This document shows positions 15,800 to 25,349 of a stretch of DNA of 27,048 nucleotides, piece by piece. The position numbers and the translations under genes were made by a program. Position 1 is the first letter of the stretch, and each line of letters opens with the position of its first letter. The notes below the pieces were generated by a model. The model saw nothing but the letters and a program-made list of their open reading frames with translations. It had not been told where the DNA came from and did no database searches. Origin of the DNA: Gemmatimonadota bacterium (GTDB lineage: Bacteria > Gemmatimonadota > Gemmatimonadetes > Palauibacterales > Palauibacteraceae); NCBI GenBank assembly GCA_046758745.1, contig JBHIAV010000039.1:1-27048 (forward strand), read 5' to 3'.

Positions 15800-18133
15800 A
15801 TGACGCCTGGTACCGTGCCCAAGCTGATCGGCAGGCCGGTCCGTCGGAAGGAGGACCCGCGCCTCCTCACCGGAGCATCGGTGTACACGGACGATGTGAC
15901 GCTCCCCGGAACGGCGTTCTGCTCGATCGTTCGCAGCCCGCACGCGCACGCCCGTATCGCGCGGATCGACACCTCCCCGGCAGCAAGAGAGTCTGGCGTG
16001 CTGGCCGTGGCCACGGGCGCCGACCTGGAAGGGCGGATCGCCGGTCTCCCCGTCTCTCACAGCATCGAGAACCTCAAGGAGCCGCCGCACCGGGCTCTGG
16101 CGACCGACAAGGTGAGATACGTGGGGGACGCCGTGGCCGCCGTGGTCGCCGAGAGCCCCTTCGCGGCGCGGGATGCGGCGGAGCTCGTGGAGGTGGAGTA
16201 CGAGGAGCTCGACGCCGTCGTGGACCTCGAGAACGCGATCGCCGACGGCTCGCCGCTCGTCCACGAGGAGCTTGGCACGAACGTGGCCTTCGAGTTCCCC
16301 CTCGAGGCCGGGGACTTCGATGCCGCGCTCGGGAGCGCCCCGGTCAGGATCGAGCAGCGCATCTACAACCAGCGACAGGTCCCGGTGGCCATCGAGCCTC
16401 GGTCGGTGATCGCCGACTTCCACCGCGGGCACGGCAAGCTCACCGTGTGGTCCACCACCCAGATCCCGCACCTTCTCCGCATGCTGCTCGCCCTCGTCCT
16501 CGACCTCCCCGAGCACCGCGTGCGCGTGATCGCGCCGGAGGTGGGCGGGGGATTCGGGTGCAAGCTCAACTTCTACGCCGAGGAGGCGCTGATCGCCCAC
16601 CTCGCGCGGGCCCTCGGTCGACCGGTCAAGTGGACGGAGACGCGGAGCGAGAACTTCCTGGCGACGACCCACGGTCGCGACCAGCTGGCCGACGTCACGA
16701 TCGCGGCCGATCGGGAGGGGCGGCTGCTCGGGCTCGAGGCGCGTCTCCTCCAGGACCTCGGGGCGTACCACCAGCTCCTCACGCCGGTGGTCCCCACCCT
16801 CACCGTGCTCATGCTCCCCGGCTGCTACCGGCTGGAGAACATCTCGGTGAACCTCAAGGGCGTGTTCACCAACAAGACGCCCACCGACGCCTATCGGGGG
16901 GCGGGGCGGCCGGAGGCGACCTTCATCATCGAGCGCGTCATGGACCTCATCGCGGCCGAGACGGGGTTCGATCCCGCCGAGGTTCGGCGGCGCAACTTCA
17001 TCCCGGCGGACTCCTTTCCCGCCACCACGTGTACCGGCCTCGCCTACGACAGCGGGAACTACGAGGCCTCCCTGGCGAAGCTCCTCGAGATGGCGAAGTA
17101 CGAGGAGCTGCGACGCGAGCAGGTGGAGAGGCGCGAGCGGGGCGAGCTGATGGGGATCGGGCTCTCCACGTACGTCGAAGTGTGCGGGATGGGGCCCTCG
17201 GCGGCGATGTCGGCCGGCGGGTGGGAGGCATGCACGCTGGAGGTTCGGCGCACGGGCCGGGTGGTGGTGAAGACCGGGATCAGCCCGCACGGGCAGGGCG
17301 AGGAGACGACCTTCGCCCAGATCGCGGCCGACGGGCTGGGAGTCGCACTCGAGGATGTGGAGGTGGCGCACGGCGACACGGACAACGTGCCCGAGGGGAT
17401 CGGAACCTTCGGGTCGCGCGGCCAGGCGGTGGGGGGAGCCGCTCTGTCGCTCGCGCTCGAGACGGTGCGGAAGAAGGCGCGCGCCATCGCCGGACACCTC
17501 TTGGAGGCGGACCCCGAGGATGTGGTGTACGAGGGGGACCGGCTCCACATCAAGGGTGTCCCGGATCGGGGGGTGAGCTTCATGGAGGTGGTGAACGCGG
17601 CCTATCTGGCCCGGGAGCTCCCGCCCGGCATGGAGCCCGGTCTCGCGGCGACGCACTTCTTCGAGCCGTCCAACTTCACCTACCCGTTCGGGGCGCACCT
17701 GTGCGTGATCGACATCGATCGGGAGACGGGCGAGCCGGCGATCCGACGGTACATCGCGGTGGACGACTGCGGGAACGTGATCAACCCGATGATCGTCGAC
17801 GGGCAGCTGCACGGTGGGATCGCGCAGGCGGCCGCGCAGGCGCTGTACGAGGAGGCCGTGTACGACGAGAGCGGCCAGCTTCTGACCGGAAGCCTGATGG
17901 ACTACGCGGTCCCGCGGGCGGCCCACCTCCCATCCTTTGAGCTGCACCGGTTGGCCACCCCGACGCCCGTGAACCCTCTCGGCGCGAAGGGGACCGGGGA
18001 GGCCGGCACGATCGCCGGAACGCCCTGCATCATCAACGCGGTGGTGGACGCCCTGTCACCCTTCGGCATCCGCCACCTCGACATGCCGGCTCGCGCGGAG
18101 AAGATCTGGCGCGTCATTCGGTCGGCGGGGTGA
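15800..18133 (+). CDS. coxL: Molybdopterin-binding large subunit, form II CoxL-like / aldehyde oxidoreductase
   Basis: RKEDPRLLTG, RSPHAHARI, VGGGFGCK, AYRGAGRPEA (form II motif), PHGQGEETT, GTFGSR, DGQLHGG, GAKGTGEAG (catalytic Glu). Confidence 0.9.
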   Translation: MTPGTVPKLIGRPVRRKEDPRLLTGASVYTDDVTLPGTAFCSIVRSPHAHARIARIDTSPAARESGVLAVATGADLEGRIAGLPVSHSIENLKEPPHRALATDKVRYVGDAVAAVVAESPFAARDAAELVEVEYEELDAVVDLENAIADGSPLVHEELGTNVAFEFPLEAGDFDAALGSAPVRIEQRIYNQRQVPVAIEPRSVIADFHRGHGKLTVWSTTQIPHLLRMLLALVLDLPEHRVRVIAPEVGGGFGCKLNFYAEEALIAHLARALGRPVKWTETRSENFLATTHGRDQLADVTIAADREGRLLGLEARLLQDLGAYHQLLTPVVPTLTVLMLPGCYRLENISVNLKGVFTNKTPTDAYRGAGRPEATFIIERVMDLIAAETGFDPAEVRRRNFIPADSFPATTCTGLAYDSGNYEASLAKLLEMAKYEELRREQVERRERGELMGIGLSTYVEVCGMGPSAAMSAGGWEACTLEVRRTGRVVVKTGISPHGQGEETTFAQIAADGLGVALEDVEVAHGDTDNVPEGIGTFGSRGQAVGGAALSLALETVRKKARAIAGHLLEADPEDVVYEGDRLHIKGVPDRGVSFMEVVNAAYLARELPPGMEPGLAATHFFEPSNFTYPFGAHLCVIDIDRETGEPAIRRYIAVDDCGNVINPMIVDGQLHGGIAQAAAQALYEEAVYDESGQLLTGSLMDYAVPRAAHLPSFELHRLATPTPVNPLGAKGTGEAGTIAGTPCIINAVVDALSPFGIRHLDMPARAEKIWRVIRSAG

Positions 18134-18227
18134 CGCGGGGTGAGGTGAAAGGTGAGGAGTGGATTCGAGCGATCCCGTGACGCCGCGCGAACGAGGAAGG
18201 CCTCCACCCGGCCCTGTATGAGGAGGC

Positions 18228-19079
18228 ATGATGCACCCGGCTGACTTCGATTACCTCGCCCCTTCCTCCCTGGATGAGGCGATCGATCTGCTCGCGGCGC
18301 ACCCGGACGCGAGGGTGCTGGCCGGCGGCCAGAGCCTGATCCCGATCCTCAAGCTGCGGCTCGGAGGAGCCGGCACCCTCGTGGACCTGCGACGGCTGGA
18401 CGACCTCCGTTACGTGAGGGAGACGAACGGGGGGGTCGAGATCGGCGCTCTCACCACCTATCGAGAGGTGGCGAGCTCCCCGCTGCTTCGTGATGGCGCC
18501 CGGGCGCTCGCGGAGGCGGCCGCCGCGGTCGGGGACATGCAGGTGCGAAACCGGGGCACCTTCGGCGGGGGGCTCGCACATGCGGATCCGGCGGCCGACG
18601 TGCCGGCGGCGGCCGTCGCGCTCGGGTGCACGATGATAGCGCGTGGCCGCTCCGGCTCCCGCGAGATTCCGGTCGCCGAGTTCTTCCGGGGCGTGTGGGC
18701 CACCGCGCTCGAGCCCGGCGAGATCCTCACCGCCGTACGGGTACCGATCGCCTCGGGCTCGAAGGGCGCGTACGAGAAGCTCGTGCAGAAGGCCTCGGGG
18801 TTCGCCCTGGTGGGCGCGGCGGCCGTCCTCGAGATGGATGGGGAGACGTGCCGGTCGGCGACCGTCGCCCTCACGGGCGTGGGGATGGGCCCGGTCCGTC
18901 TCGGCGGCCTCGGTTCGCTGGCCGGGGCTGCACTGGACCCAGCCGCCGTGGAGAGCGCGTGCGAGGCGGGCGCCGCGGCGCTCGATGGCGTCCAGTCCGA
19001 CCTTCACGCCTCGCACGAGTATCGTCGCGCCATGGCCGCCGTCGTGGCGCGGCGCGCGATCCTCCGGGCGGCGGGGTAG
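18228..19079 (+). CDS. coxM: FAD-binding medium subunit (CoxM/CutM-like)
   Basis: FDYLAP, LAGGQSLIP.LKLR, VRNRGTFGGGLAHADPAAD, EILTAV. GAGGAGG SD. Confidence 0.92.
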   Translation: MMHPADFDYLAPSSLDEAIDLLAAHPDARVLAGGQSLIPILKLRLGGAGTLVDLRRLDDLRYVRETNGGVEIGALTTYREVASSPLLRDGARALAEAAAAVGDMQVRNRGTFGGGLAHADPAADVPAAAVALGCTMIARGRSGSREIPVAEFFRGVWATALEPGEILTAVRVPIASGSKGAYEKLVQKASGFALVGAAAVLEMDGETCRSATVALTGVGMGPVRLGGLGSLAGAALDPAAVESACEAGAAALDGVQSDLHASHEYRRAMAAVVARRAILRAAG

Positions 19080-19193
19080 AGCGAGGTCGCCGCTCGCTTC
19101 TTCGCGCCGGAGCGGGCCCCGGGCGCTGCGAGCATCCCCGAGCGCACCCGCCGCGGCGGGGAACGACTCGGCCGGCGATGGCACCCGCCGCGG

Positions 19194-20168
19194 TCAGACC
19201 GCCCGGTGGACCTCCTTCACCTGACCATCCGGTCGCAGAATCACCATCCCTCTCACCTCCGGCTCCGGCGTGTGGTGGCCGACGTACACCACGCACCGGC
19301 TCCCGCCCATCCCCCGCGCCGTCTCGAGCGCCCGTTCCGCCCGCTGGACCAGGTCGCCAGGTCCGGCGAGGCCGGGCTCGAAACCCGCCACGCCCGCGTT
19401 CAGATGGATCCTACCGTTCCATGGCGCCCGGTAGCGCTCGATCTCCCGGAGCAGACGGGCGGCGAAGGCGTGCGCGCCCGCGAGATCCTCGCCGGCGAGC
19501 AGCACCATGCAGGAATAGGCGCCGAAGCGCCCGAACACGTTCATGCTGCGCGTGTGACGGCTGAGAGCCTCGGCCATCAGGCCGAGCGCCTGATAGGCCG
19601 CCTCCTCACCGTACATGTGGGCGTATTCCTCCAGCCGATCGATCTCGATCAGGACGATCGCCAGCGGGGGCTCGCGCTTCGCCCCAGAGAACGCTTTGAC
19701 GAGCAGGAACTCGATGACCTCTCGGTCCGGGAGATGCCGGAGAGCCTCGGCCTCCGCCCGGCCCGGAAGCCCCCCCACGGGCGCGAGCGGAAATCGGTCC
19801 CGACGCCACTGGCACTCGAGGCCCGCCCCGAGGGCCACCGAGGCGAGCACGACGGCCACGGCGCCGACGGCGGGCCAGTCGATCTGCATCCCGCGCGGCA
19901 GTGCCGTCAGCGCCTCGGCGAGCAGGAGCAGACCGACGCTCCCCACCAGAGCCACTCCGGCGCCGTTCCACCCGCGGTACCGCGTGAGCAGGAAGACCGG
20001 GACGAGGGCCAGAAGCCACACGAGCCGGGAGTAGGGCCCGAGAAGGGTCGGGGCGAGCACCTGGCCGATAGCCGCCGCCAGCGGCGCCGCGGAGATGAGC
20101 AGGAGATCGCGGGCGGGGATCGCCTCCACGGGCGTTGCGGATGGCGGGCGACGGGTCCTGGCTGCCAA
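19194..20168 (-). CDS. Membrane protein with degenerate (likely inactive) GGDEF domain
   Basis: Four N-terminal TM segments. PLAIVLIEIDRLEEYAHMYG...RSMNVFGRFGAYSCMVLL...NAGVAGF...LVQRAERALETARGMG follows the GGDEF fold, but the GG(D/E)EF signature reads GAYSC. Confidence 0.8.
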   Translation of the reverse strand: MAARTRRPPSATPVEAIPARDLLLISAAPLAAAIGQVLAPTLLGPYSRLVWLLALVPVFLLTRYRGWNGAGVALVGSVGLLLLAEALTALPRGMQIDWPAVGAVAVVLASVALGAGLECQWRRDRFPLAPVGGLPGRAEAEALRHLPDREVIEFLLVKAFSGAKREPPLAIVLIEIDRLEEYAHMYGEEAAYQALGLMAEALSRHTRSMNVFGRFGAYSCMVLLAGEDLAGAHAFAARLLREIERYRAPWNGRIHLNAGVAGFEPGLAGPGDLVQRAERALETARGMGGSRCVVYVGHHTPEPEVRGMVILRPDGQVKEVHRAV

Positions 20169-20177
20169 GATGCCGCC

Positions 20178-21167
20178 CTACACCCGAGATTCCCGCAGCT
20201 GACGCACCTCTTCGGCCAGGCGCGGGACGATCTCGAACAGATCGCCCACCACGCCGTAGTCGGCGATGTCGAAGATCGGCGCCTCACGGTCCTTGTTGAT
20301 CGCCACCACGACCTTGGCCGTGCGGATTCCGGCGAGGTGCTGGATGGCGCCGCTGATGCCGACGGCGAAATAGAGGTTCGGTGACACCACCTTCCCCGTC
20401 TGTCCCACCTGTTCCGAGTGGGGTCGCCACCCGGCGTCCACCACGGCGCGGCTGGCCCCGAGGGCGGCGCCGGGTCCGAGAGCGTCCACCAGATCTTCCA
20501 GGATGTGCCAGTTCGAGGGATCGCGCATCCCGCGTCCCCCCGACACGACGACGGTGGCCTCCGACACGTCCAGGGCGTCCCGCTCGCCCCGCTCGATGCC
20601 CTTCACGCGGACCCTCGACGGCGAGGATGCCACCTCGAGGCGCTCGATCGCTCCGCCGCCATCGCGGCGCTCCGGAAGGAAGACGTTGGGCCGCAGGCTG
20701 ATGAGGGCCGGGGTCTCCGTGAAGCGTAGACGCGCGTACGCCTTCCCCGCGAACTGCGGCCGGGTGACGACGAGCTCCCCATCCTCGACCCGGATCTCCG
20801 TCACCTCCGTCGCCAGCCCGCGGTCCAGCCTGGCCGCCGCACGGGGGGCGAGATCCTTCCCCTGCGCCGACGCGGGGAAGAGAAGGGCGGCGTAGCTCTC
20901 GCGCCCGGCGAGTTCCTCGATCGCGCGAACCGACGCCTCCGGATGGTAGTGCCGGAACGACTCATCCTCGGCCACGAACAGCCGATCGCCCCCGTAGCCG
21001 GCGAGCTCCGCGACGGTCTCGGCGGCCCCCGAGCCGCCGAGCGCCAGGACATCCACCTCGCCGCCCAGCTCATCCGCCAGACGGCGCGCCGCCGACACGG
21101 TCTCCCGGGCCACGCCACGGAGCACGCCCTCGCGCATCTCTGCGTATGCCAGAACCCGCCCTGTCAC
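20178..21167 (-). CDS. etfA: Electron transfer flavoprotein alpha subunit
   Basis: GTG 21167 overlaps the etfB stop. [58 protein letters not shown]. Confidence 0.96.
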   Translation of the reverse strand: MTGRVLAYAEMREGVLRGVARETVSAARRLADELGGEVDVLALGGSGAAETVAELAGYGGDRLFVAEDESFRHYHPEASVRAIEELAGRESYAALLFPASAQGKDLAPRAAARLDRGLATEVTEIRVEDGELVVTRPQFAGKAYARLRFTETPALISLRPNVFLPERRDGGGAIERLEVASSPSRVRVKGIERGERDALDVSEATVVVSGGRGMRDPSNWHILEDLVDALGPGAALGASRAVVDAGWRPHSEQVGQTGKVVSPNLYFAVGISGAIQHLAGIRTAKVVVAINKDREAPIFDIADYGVVGDLFEIVPRLAEEVRQLRESRV

Positions 21168-21913
21168 AGCACCTTCGCCTCTTCGCGGAGCCGCCGGATC
21201 AGTTCCGGTACGACGTCCGCGCCCTCGCCGAGGATCCGGGCGGGCGGACGAGGGGACGGCTCGCTGAGCCCCAGCAGCCGGAGCCTGGACGCGGGAAGCT
21301 CGACGTCCCTCTCCTCGAGCGGCTTCCGCTTCGCCGCCATGATCCCCTTCAGGCTGGGGTAGCGCGGCTCGTTGAGCCCCTTCTGAGCCGCCACGACCGC
21401 GGGGAGGGCGAACTCCACCACCTCGTGCCCGCCTTCGACCTCCCGGCGGGCTACCGCGCGACCGTTTTCGATCTCGAGCTCCACCACGACGGTGACGCAC
21501 GGGAGCTCGAGGAGCTCCGACACCATCCCGGGAACCTGCATGTTGTCGTCGTCGACCGCCTGCTTCCCGAACAGCAGGAGGTCGAACTCGCGGTCGGACA
21601 CCGCCTCGGCGATCACTTGGGCGACGGCGAGGCCGTCGAGCCCCGGTTCCGCCCGCAGGAGGACGGCGTCGTCGGCACCCATGGCCAGGCCGGAGCGCAG
21701 CGTCTCCTTCGCCTCATCGGACCCCACGGTGAGGACGGTTACGCAACCCGTCCCGGCGGCCTCTTTGAGGCGGATTGCCTCTTCGAGAGCAAACTCATCG
21801 TACGGATTCATGATGTACTTCACACCGGCGGCGTCGATGCTCGTGCCGTCCGGGGCGATCCGGATCCGCGTCTCCGTGTCCGGGACGCGCTTGATGCAGA
21901 CAATGGATCTCAC
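21164..21913 (-). CDS. etfB: Electron transfer flavoprotein beta subunit
   Basis: VCIKRVPDT, MNPYDEFALEEA, LAMGAD, GKQAVDDD, NEPRYPSLKGIMAAKRK. Confidence 0.96.
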   Translation of the reverse strand: MRSIVCIKRVPDTETRIRIAPDGTSIDAAGVKYIMNPYDEFALEEAIRLKEAAGTGCVTVLTVGSDEAKETLRSGLAMGADDAVLLRAEPGLDGLAVAQVIAEAVSDREFDLLLFGKQAVDDDNMQVPGMVSELLELPCVTVVVELEIENGRAVARREVEGGHEVVEFALPAVVAAQKGLNEPRYPSLKGIMAAKRKPLEERDVELPASRLRLLGLSEPSPRPPARILGEGADVVPELIRRLREEAKVL

Positions 21914-21969
21914 GTGAACTCTTGCTCGTGGAAGGTGAATCGCGAAGCCGATGGGATCGGCTGCGGGCG

Positions 21970-21998
21970 AATGTATCGTGGGCCTTCGGGGGTGTCCA
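21970..21998 (-). promoter_or_regulatory. Sigma70-type promoter of etfBA
   Basis: Minus strand TGGACA-N17-TACATT, about 55 nt upstream of the etfB start. Confidence 0.55.
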
Positions 21999-22031
21999 GC
22001 GAAGGGCTGGGGGGCGACGCCGGCCCGGCGC

Positions 22032-22574
22032 TCACGCCTGCAGGCGGGCGATCTCCTCGTCCGAGAGGGAGTAGAGACGGTAGGTGATCAGATCGATCAG
22101 CTCGTCGGTGATCCTCTCTTCCCTGCGCAGACGCTGCCGGTCGCTCGCATCTTCAGGCGGCGTGTTTCGCAGCTCCACGAGCCGGCCCGCCAGCCACAGG
22201 AGGAAGTCGTGCGCGACGTCGCGATGCTCCCTGTTTCGATCCGGCTCACCGTTCCGGGAGTGAGGAAGGAAGGCATCGATGAGGGCGAGCAGGCCCGGGA
22301 AGATCATCTCCGTCAGCTCGCCCTCTTCGTACATCTCCTCGTCGGTGATCTGTTCCCAGCTCAGCTCGTTCCAGTAGAGCTCGCACGCCTCCTCGAACAG
22401 GTGCTGCCGGGAGGCCGGTCGCGTGGGACGAAGCACGATGTCGCCGATGTCGAGTTCCCGATGGAGGGAACGCTCGAGCGAGCGGAGCCGCTCCGAAAGC
22501 AGGGTGCGCGCCGCAACCTCCAGATCGCTCCTCAGCGCGGTCGTCCCCGCCTTGAGCGAGGGTTCGTCGTTCAT
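22032..22574 (-). CDS. Acidic helical hypothetical protein
   Basis: Protein-like composition and codon usage (HLFEEACELYWNELSWEQITDEE...MIFPGLLALID). No recognised domain. Confidence 0.75.
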   Translation of the reverse strand: MNDEPSLKAGTTALRSDLEVAARTLLSERLRSLERSLHRELDIGDIVLRPTRPASRQHLFEEACELYWNELSWEQITDEEMYEEGELTEMIFPGLLALIDAFLPHSRNGEPDRNREHRDVAHDFLLWLAGRLVELRNTPPEDASDRQRLRREERITDELIDLITYRLYSLSDEEIARLQA

Positions 22575-22612
22575 GTTTCGTCCGGGAATCGAGTCGAGAC
22601 GTCGCTCGGCTC

Positions 22613-22641
22613 AAGATGGCCCGCCCCGGGTCGGTGAGCAA
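22613..22641 (-). promoter_or_regulatory. Possible sigma70-type promoter for the 22032..22574 gene
   Basis: Minus strand TTGCTC-N17-CATCTT. Confidence 0.4.
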
Positions 22642-22713
22642 GCGGAGCGGCCGGGGCCGCCGCCGGACCCCGCGTTGCACGTGCGCGACCCGGGCCGCAT
22701 AGGCCTCCGCCAC

Positions 22714-23640
22714 TCAGCGCATCGGCCGGAAGGCCCGGGCAGGCTCGACTCCTCGCGGGCGCCCCCTCGCCAGGCGCCTGAGAGCGGCGAGGTTCCGTCG
22801 ATCTGCCATCACCGCGTCTCCGTTCTTCGGGGTCTCCAGGACTCCCGGCACGGAGCGAATCCGCCGGTTGCGCAGCATCGCGGCGAACGCGCGCTCGCCG
22901 AGCATCCCGTGACCGATGTGGGCATGACGGTCACGACGACTGCCCAGCGCCCCCACCGAGTCGTTGAGGTGGAGAAGTCGCAGGCGCCCGAGGCCCACGA
23001 CGCTATCGAACTCGTCGATCACCGCCTCGCACTCTTCCCTCAGATCGTAGCCGGCCGCGTACACGTGGCAGGTGTCGAGACACACGCCGATCCGCCGGCG
23101 CTCGGCCTCGGGGACGGCATCGAGGAGGGCGGCGATCTCCTCGAAGCGGCAGCCGAGAGCCGTACCGCTCCCGGCGGTGGTCTCGAAGAGGACGGCGGTG
23201 GCGCCGGGCACATCGGCGAGCGCCTCGGCGACGGCGGCGGCGTTTCGCCGCAGCGCGGAGGGGCGGTCGCCTGCCGTCGCGAACCCGGGGTGCGTGACGA
23301 GCAAGTGGACCCCGAGGCGTACGCAGCGTTCGAGCTCCGCGCGAAACGCGGCGGCCGACTTCCGGAAGAGCCGCGTGTCGTGCGTGGCCAGGTTGATCAG
23401 GTAGCTGTCGTGCGAGGCAACGAGGCGTACCCCGCTCGTCGCCAACGCGTCGCGAAACGAGGTGACCTCCTCGTCGGTGAGGGGCGCATGGGACCAGCGC
23501 TGTGGCTGTCGTGTGAAGATCTGCATCGCACGGGCCCCGATCTCGTCGGCCCGGGCCGGCGCCCGCCACACGCCGCCGGCCGTCGAGACGTGGGCGCCGA
23601 GCAGGCGCCCGGCTCCCGCCGAGCGCCCCGCACGGCTCAA
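22714..23640 (-). CDS. nfo: Endonuclease IV (AP endonuclease)
   Basis: LLGAHVSTAGG, QIFT, SHDSYLINLA, VTHPG, FETTAGSG, CLDTCHVYAAGYD, HLNDS...RDRHAHIGHG, LETP. TTG 23640 overlaps the upstream stop (TTGA). Confidence 0.95.
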   Translation of the reverse strand: MSRAGRSAGAGRLLGAHVSTAGGVWRAPARADEIGARAMQIFTRQPQRWSHAPLTDEEVTSFRDALATSGVRLVASHDSYLINLATHDTRLFRKSAAAFRAELERCVRLGVHLLVTHPGFATAGDRPSALRRNAAAVAEALADVPGATAVLFETTAGSGTALGCRFEEIAALLDAVPEAERRRIGVCLDTCHVYAAGYDLREECEAVIDEFDSVVGLGRLRLLHLNDSVGALGSRRDRHAHIGHGMLGERAFAAMLRNRRIRSVPGVLETPKNGDAVMADRRNLAALRRLARGRPRGVEPARAFRPMR

Positions 23641-24236
23641 CGGTCCCGCGGGCCCGGTCGCGACTCGGGATGGCGGACCGGCGCGCGCTCCTGGGCTGCC
23701 GTCGGGCGCCGTCTCCCCTCCGGCCGTGCGCCCGGTCGCCGTCGCCGATCCCTCTCCGCGCCGGCCGCGGCCTGCGCGAATCGCTGGCGCAGATAGACGA
23801 AGCGGGCGCGCTGCACGGGGGAGAGGAACTCGGCGAGCCGGCGTTGCTCCTGGCGGAAGATCTCGGCCTCGCGGAGCTGGAGCCCGGCCCACTCGTCCAG
23901 CAGCTTGGCGACGCGGGCCTCGTCGGGGTGCGGAGCCGCCACGAGATCGGCCAGCTCCCGCCGCACGGCGGCCCGTCGCTCGGCGGCGCGACGTCGCTCG
24001 GCCCGGGTGTCCTCGAGCGTCCTCGCCAACCGGTGTCTCCCGTCCTCATCGAGCGACAGAGCCTCGCTCACCCGACGCACGAAGCGGCGCTCCAGCTCCG
24101 CGACCCGGTCGGACACCGCCCTCGGATCGTCGACCTCCTGGGCGCCGGCCGCGACCGGCACCACGACGAGGAGAGCGAGCGCCAGCATGGCGGCCAGCCG
24201 GCGTCCCACACGGCCGCACCCGGTCGTCGTTCTCAT
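23637..24236 (-). CDS. Periplasmic Spy/CpxP-like (heavy-metal sensor/chaperone-type) protein
   Basis: ATG 24236 with ATGA overlap and GGAGG SD. Signal peptide, ALSLDEDGRHRL...PDEARVAKLLDE...FLSPVQRARF (LTxxQ-like motif). Confidence 0.7.
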   Translation of the reverse strand: MRTTTGCGRVGRRLAAMLALALLVVVPVAAGAQEVDDPRAVSDRVAELERRFVRRVSEALSLDEDGRHRLARTLEDTRAERRRAAERRAAVRRELADLVAAPHPDEARVAKLLDEWAGLQLREAEIFRQEQRRLAEFLSPVQRARFVYLRQRFAQAAAGAERDRRRRPGARPEGRRRPTAAQERAPVRHPESRPGPRDR

Positions 24237-24778
24237 CGTACCTCCTCCCACGGCCCTACCAGACCATTCACGTCGGATGCCTCCATCAGCTCCCAAGCCG
24301 GGTCCCCATTCGGCTCCGCCGGCTCCGGTACGCCGAGCACGAATCGTACGTCGGGCCCCCCGAGCTGCAGCTCCTCGAGATCCTCTTGCCATGCGTCGAG
24401 CGTGGCGGCGACGGACCACTCCGCCACCGCATTCGTACCGGCCACCACGCGCCACACCCCCACCCCGCTGAGCAGAAGAGCGATCACCGCCGCCGCCCGC
24501 CACGCCCCGGCCCGCCACGACCGAGCCGCACGCTTGCGGCGCAGCTCGACCTCCCCGCTCAGCCAGGCGCGCTCGCCGCTCGACAGCCGTGGCAGGGGCG
24601 CCTCCGCGAGAAGGCCTACGACCTCCGCCTCTCCCCGGCAGCTCGCGCACGCGGTCAGGTGCCGCTCGATCCGAACGCGCTCCCCCTCCGGGAGAGCGCC
24701 CCGTACGAACTCGGGAAGTCGATCCGACACGTGGCCTGCCTCTCCCCCGTCTCCAATCGTCACCTTCAGATCATCCAT
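24233..24778 (-). CDS. Zinc-finger (zf-HC2) membrane anti-sigma factor
   Basis: HVSDRLPEFVRGALPEGERVRIERHLTACASC (HxxxCxxC) and TM helix WRAAAVIALLLSGVGVW. Overlaps the sigma gene. Confidence 0.88.
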   Translation of the reverse strand: MDDLKVTIGDGGEAGHVSDRLPEFVRGALPEGERVRIERHLTACASCRGEAEVVGLLAEAPLPRLSSGERAWLSGEVELRRKRAARSWRAGAWRAAAVIALLLSGVGVWRVVAGTNAVAEWSVAATLDAWQEDLEELQLGGPDVRFVLGVPEPAEPNGDPAWELMEASDVNGLVGPWEEVR

Positions 24779-25349
24779 GCCGTCCTCGCCTCACCGGCCT
24801 CTCGCGGGCCCCTTCGCTCAGGCCGCTCATGTGCGTCCGCAGCTTCTGCAGGGCGTGGTGATAGCTCACCCGGGCCGAACCCTCGCTGGTGTCGAGGATC
24901 GCGGCGATCTCGGCGAACGAGAGCCCCTCCGTCGTCCGCAGGAGCAGCGCTTCCCGCTGCTTCTCGGGGAGCGCCCTCGCGAACTCCAGGGCGCGCCGCG
25001 CCAGGTCGGCGCGTTCCGCTCGCTCATCGGGCAGCGCCGCGGAGTCCACCGGATCCGCATCGTCCAGGGACTCCTCGCGGCGCCTCGTTCGCCTCCGCAC
25101 TGCCGTGTGCGCCTCGTTGATCGCGATTCTGGCCACCCAGCCCCGGAAGCTCCCCTCTCCACGAAACCCCCCGATGCCGGCAGCGGCTCGCACGAACGTG
25201 TCTTGCACGACGTCCATGGCCGCCGCATGATTTCCGACCACGCGCATCACCAGGCGGAACACGAGATCCACGTACCGGTCGTACAGGAGCTTCCAGCCCG
25301 AATCGTCTCCCCGACGTGCGAGCTCGACGGCCTGCGATTCGTCTAGCAT
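24771..25349 (-). CDS. ECF-family RNA polymerase sigma factor (ECF-2)
   Basis: ARRGDDSGWKLLYDRY, DVVQDTFVRA, FRGEGSFRGWVARIAIN, LPEKQREALLLRTTEGLSFAEIA. Confidence 0.94.
   Translation of the reverse strand: MLDESQAVELARRGDDSGWKLLYDRYVDLVFRLVMRVVGNHAAAMDVVQDTFVRAAAGIGGFRGEGSFRGWVARIAINEAHTAVRRRTRRREESLDDADPVDSAALPDERAERADLARRALEFARALPEKQREALLLRTTEGLSFAEIAAILDTSEGSARVSYHHALQKLRTHMSGLSEGARERPVRRGRHG

Noticed and set aside
15800-18133. Bona fide aerobic CO dehydrogenase (form I)
   Set aside because: The motif is AYRGAGR, lacking the Cu-binding Cys, and the gene order is S-L-M.
19144-19193. GCACCCGCCGCGG repeated twice with a palindrome between the convergent coxM and GGDEF genes
   Set aside because: Almost pure GC with no U-tract. 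It may aid termination but cannot be distinguished from compositional noise.
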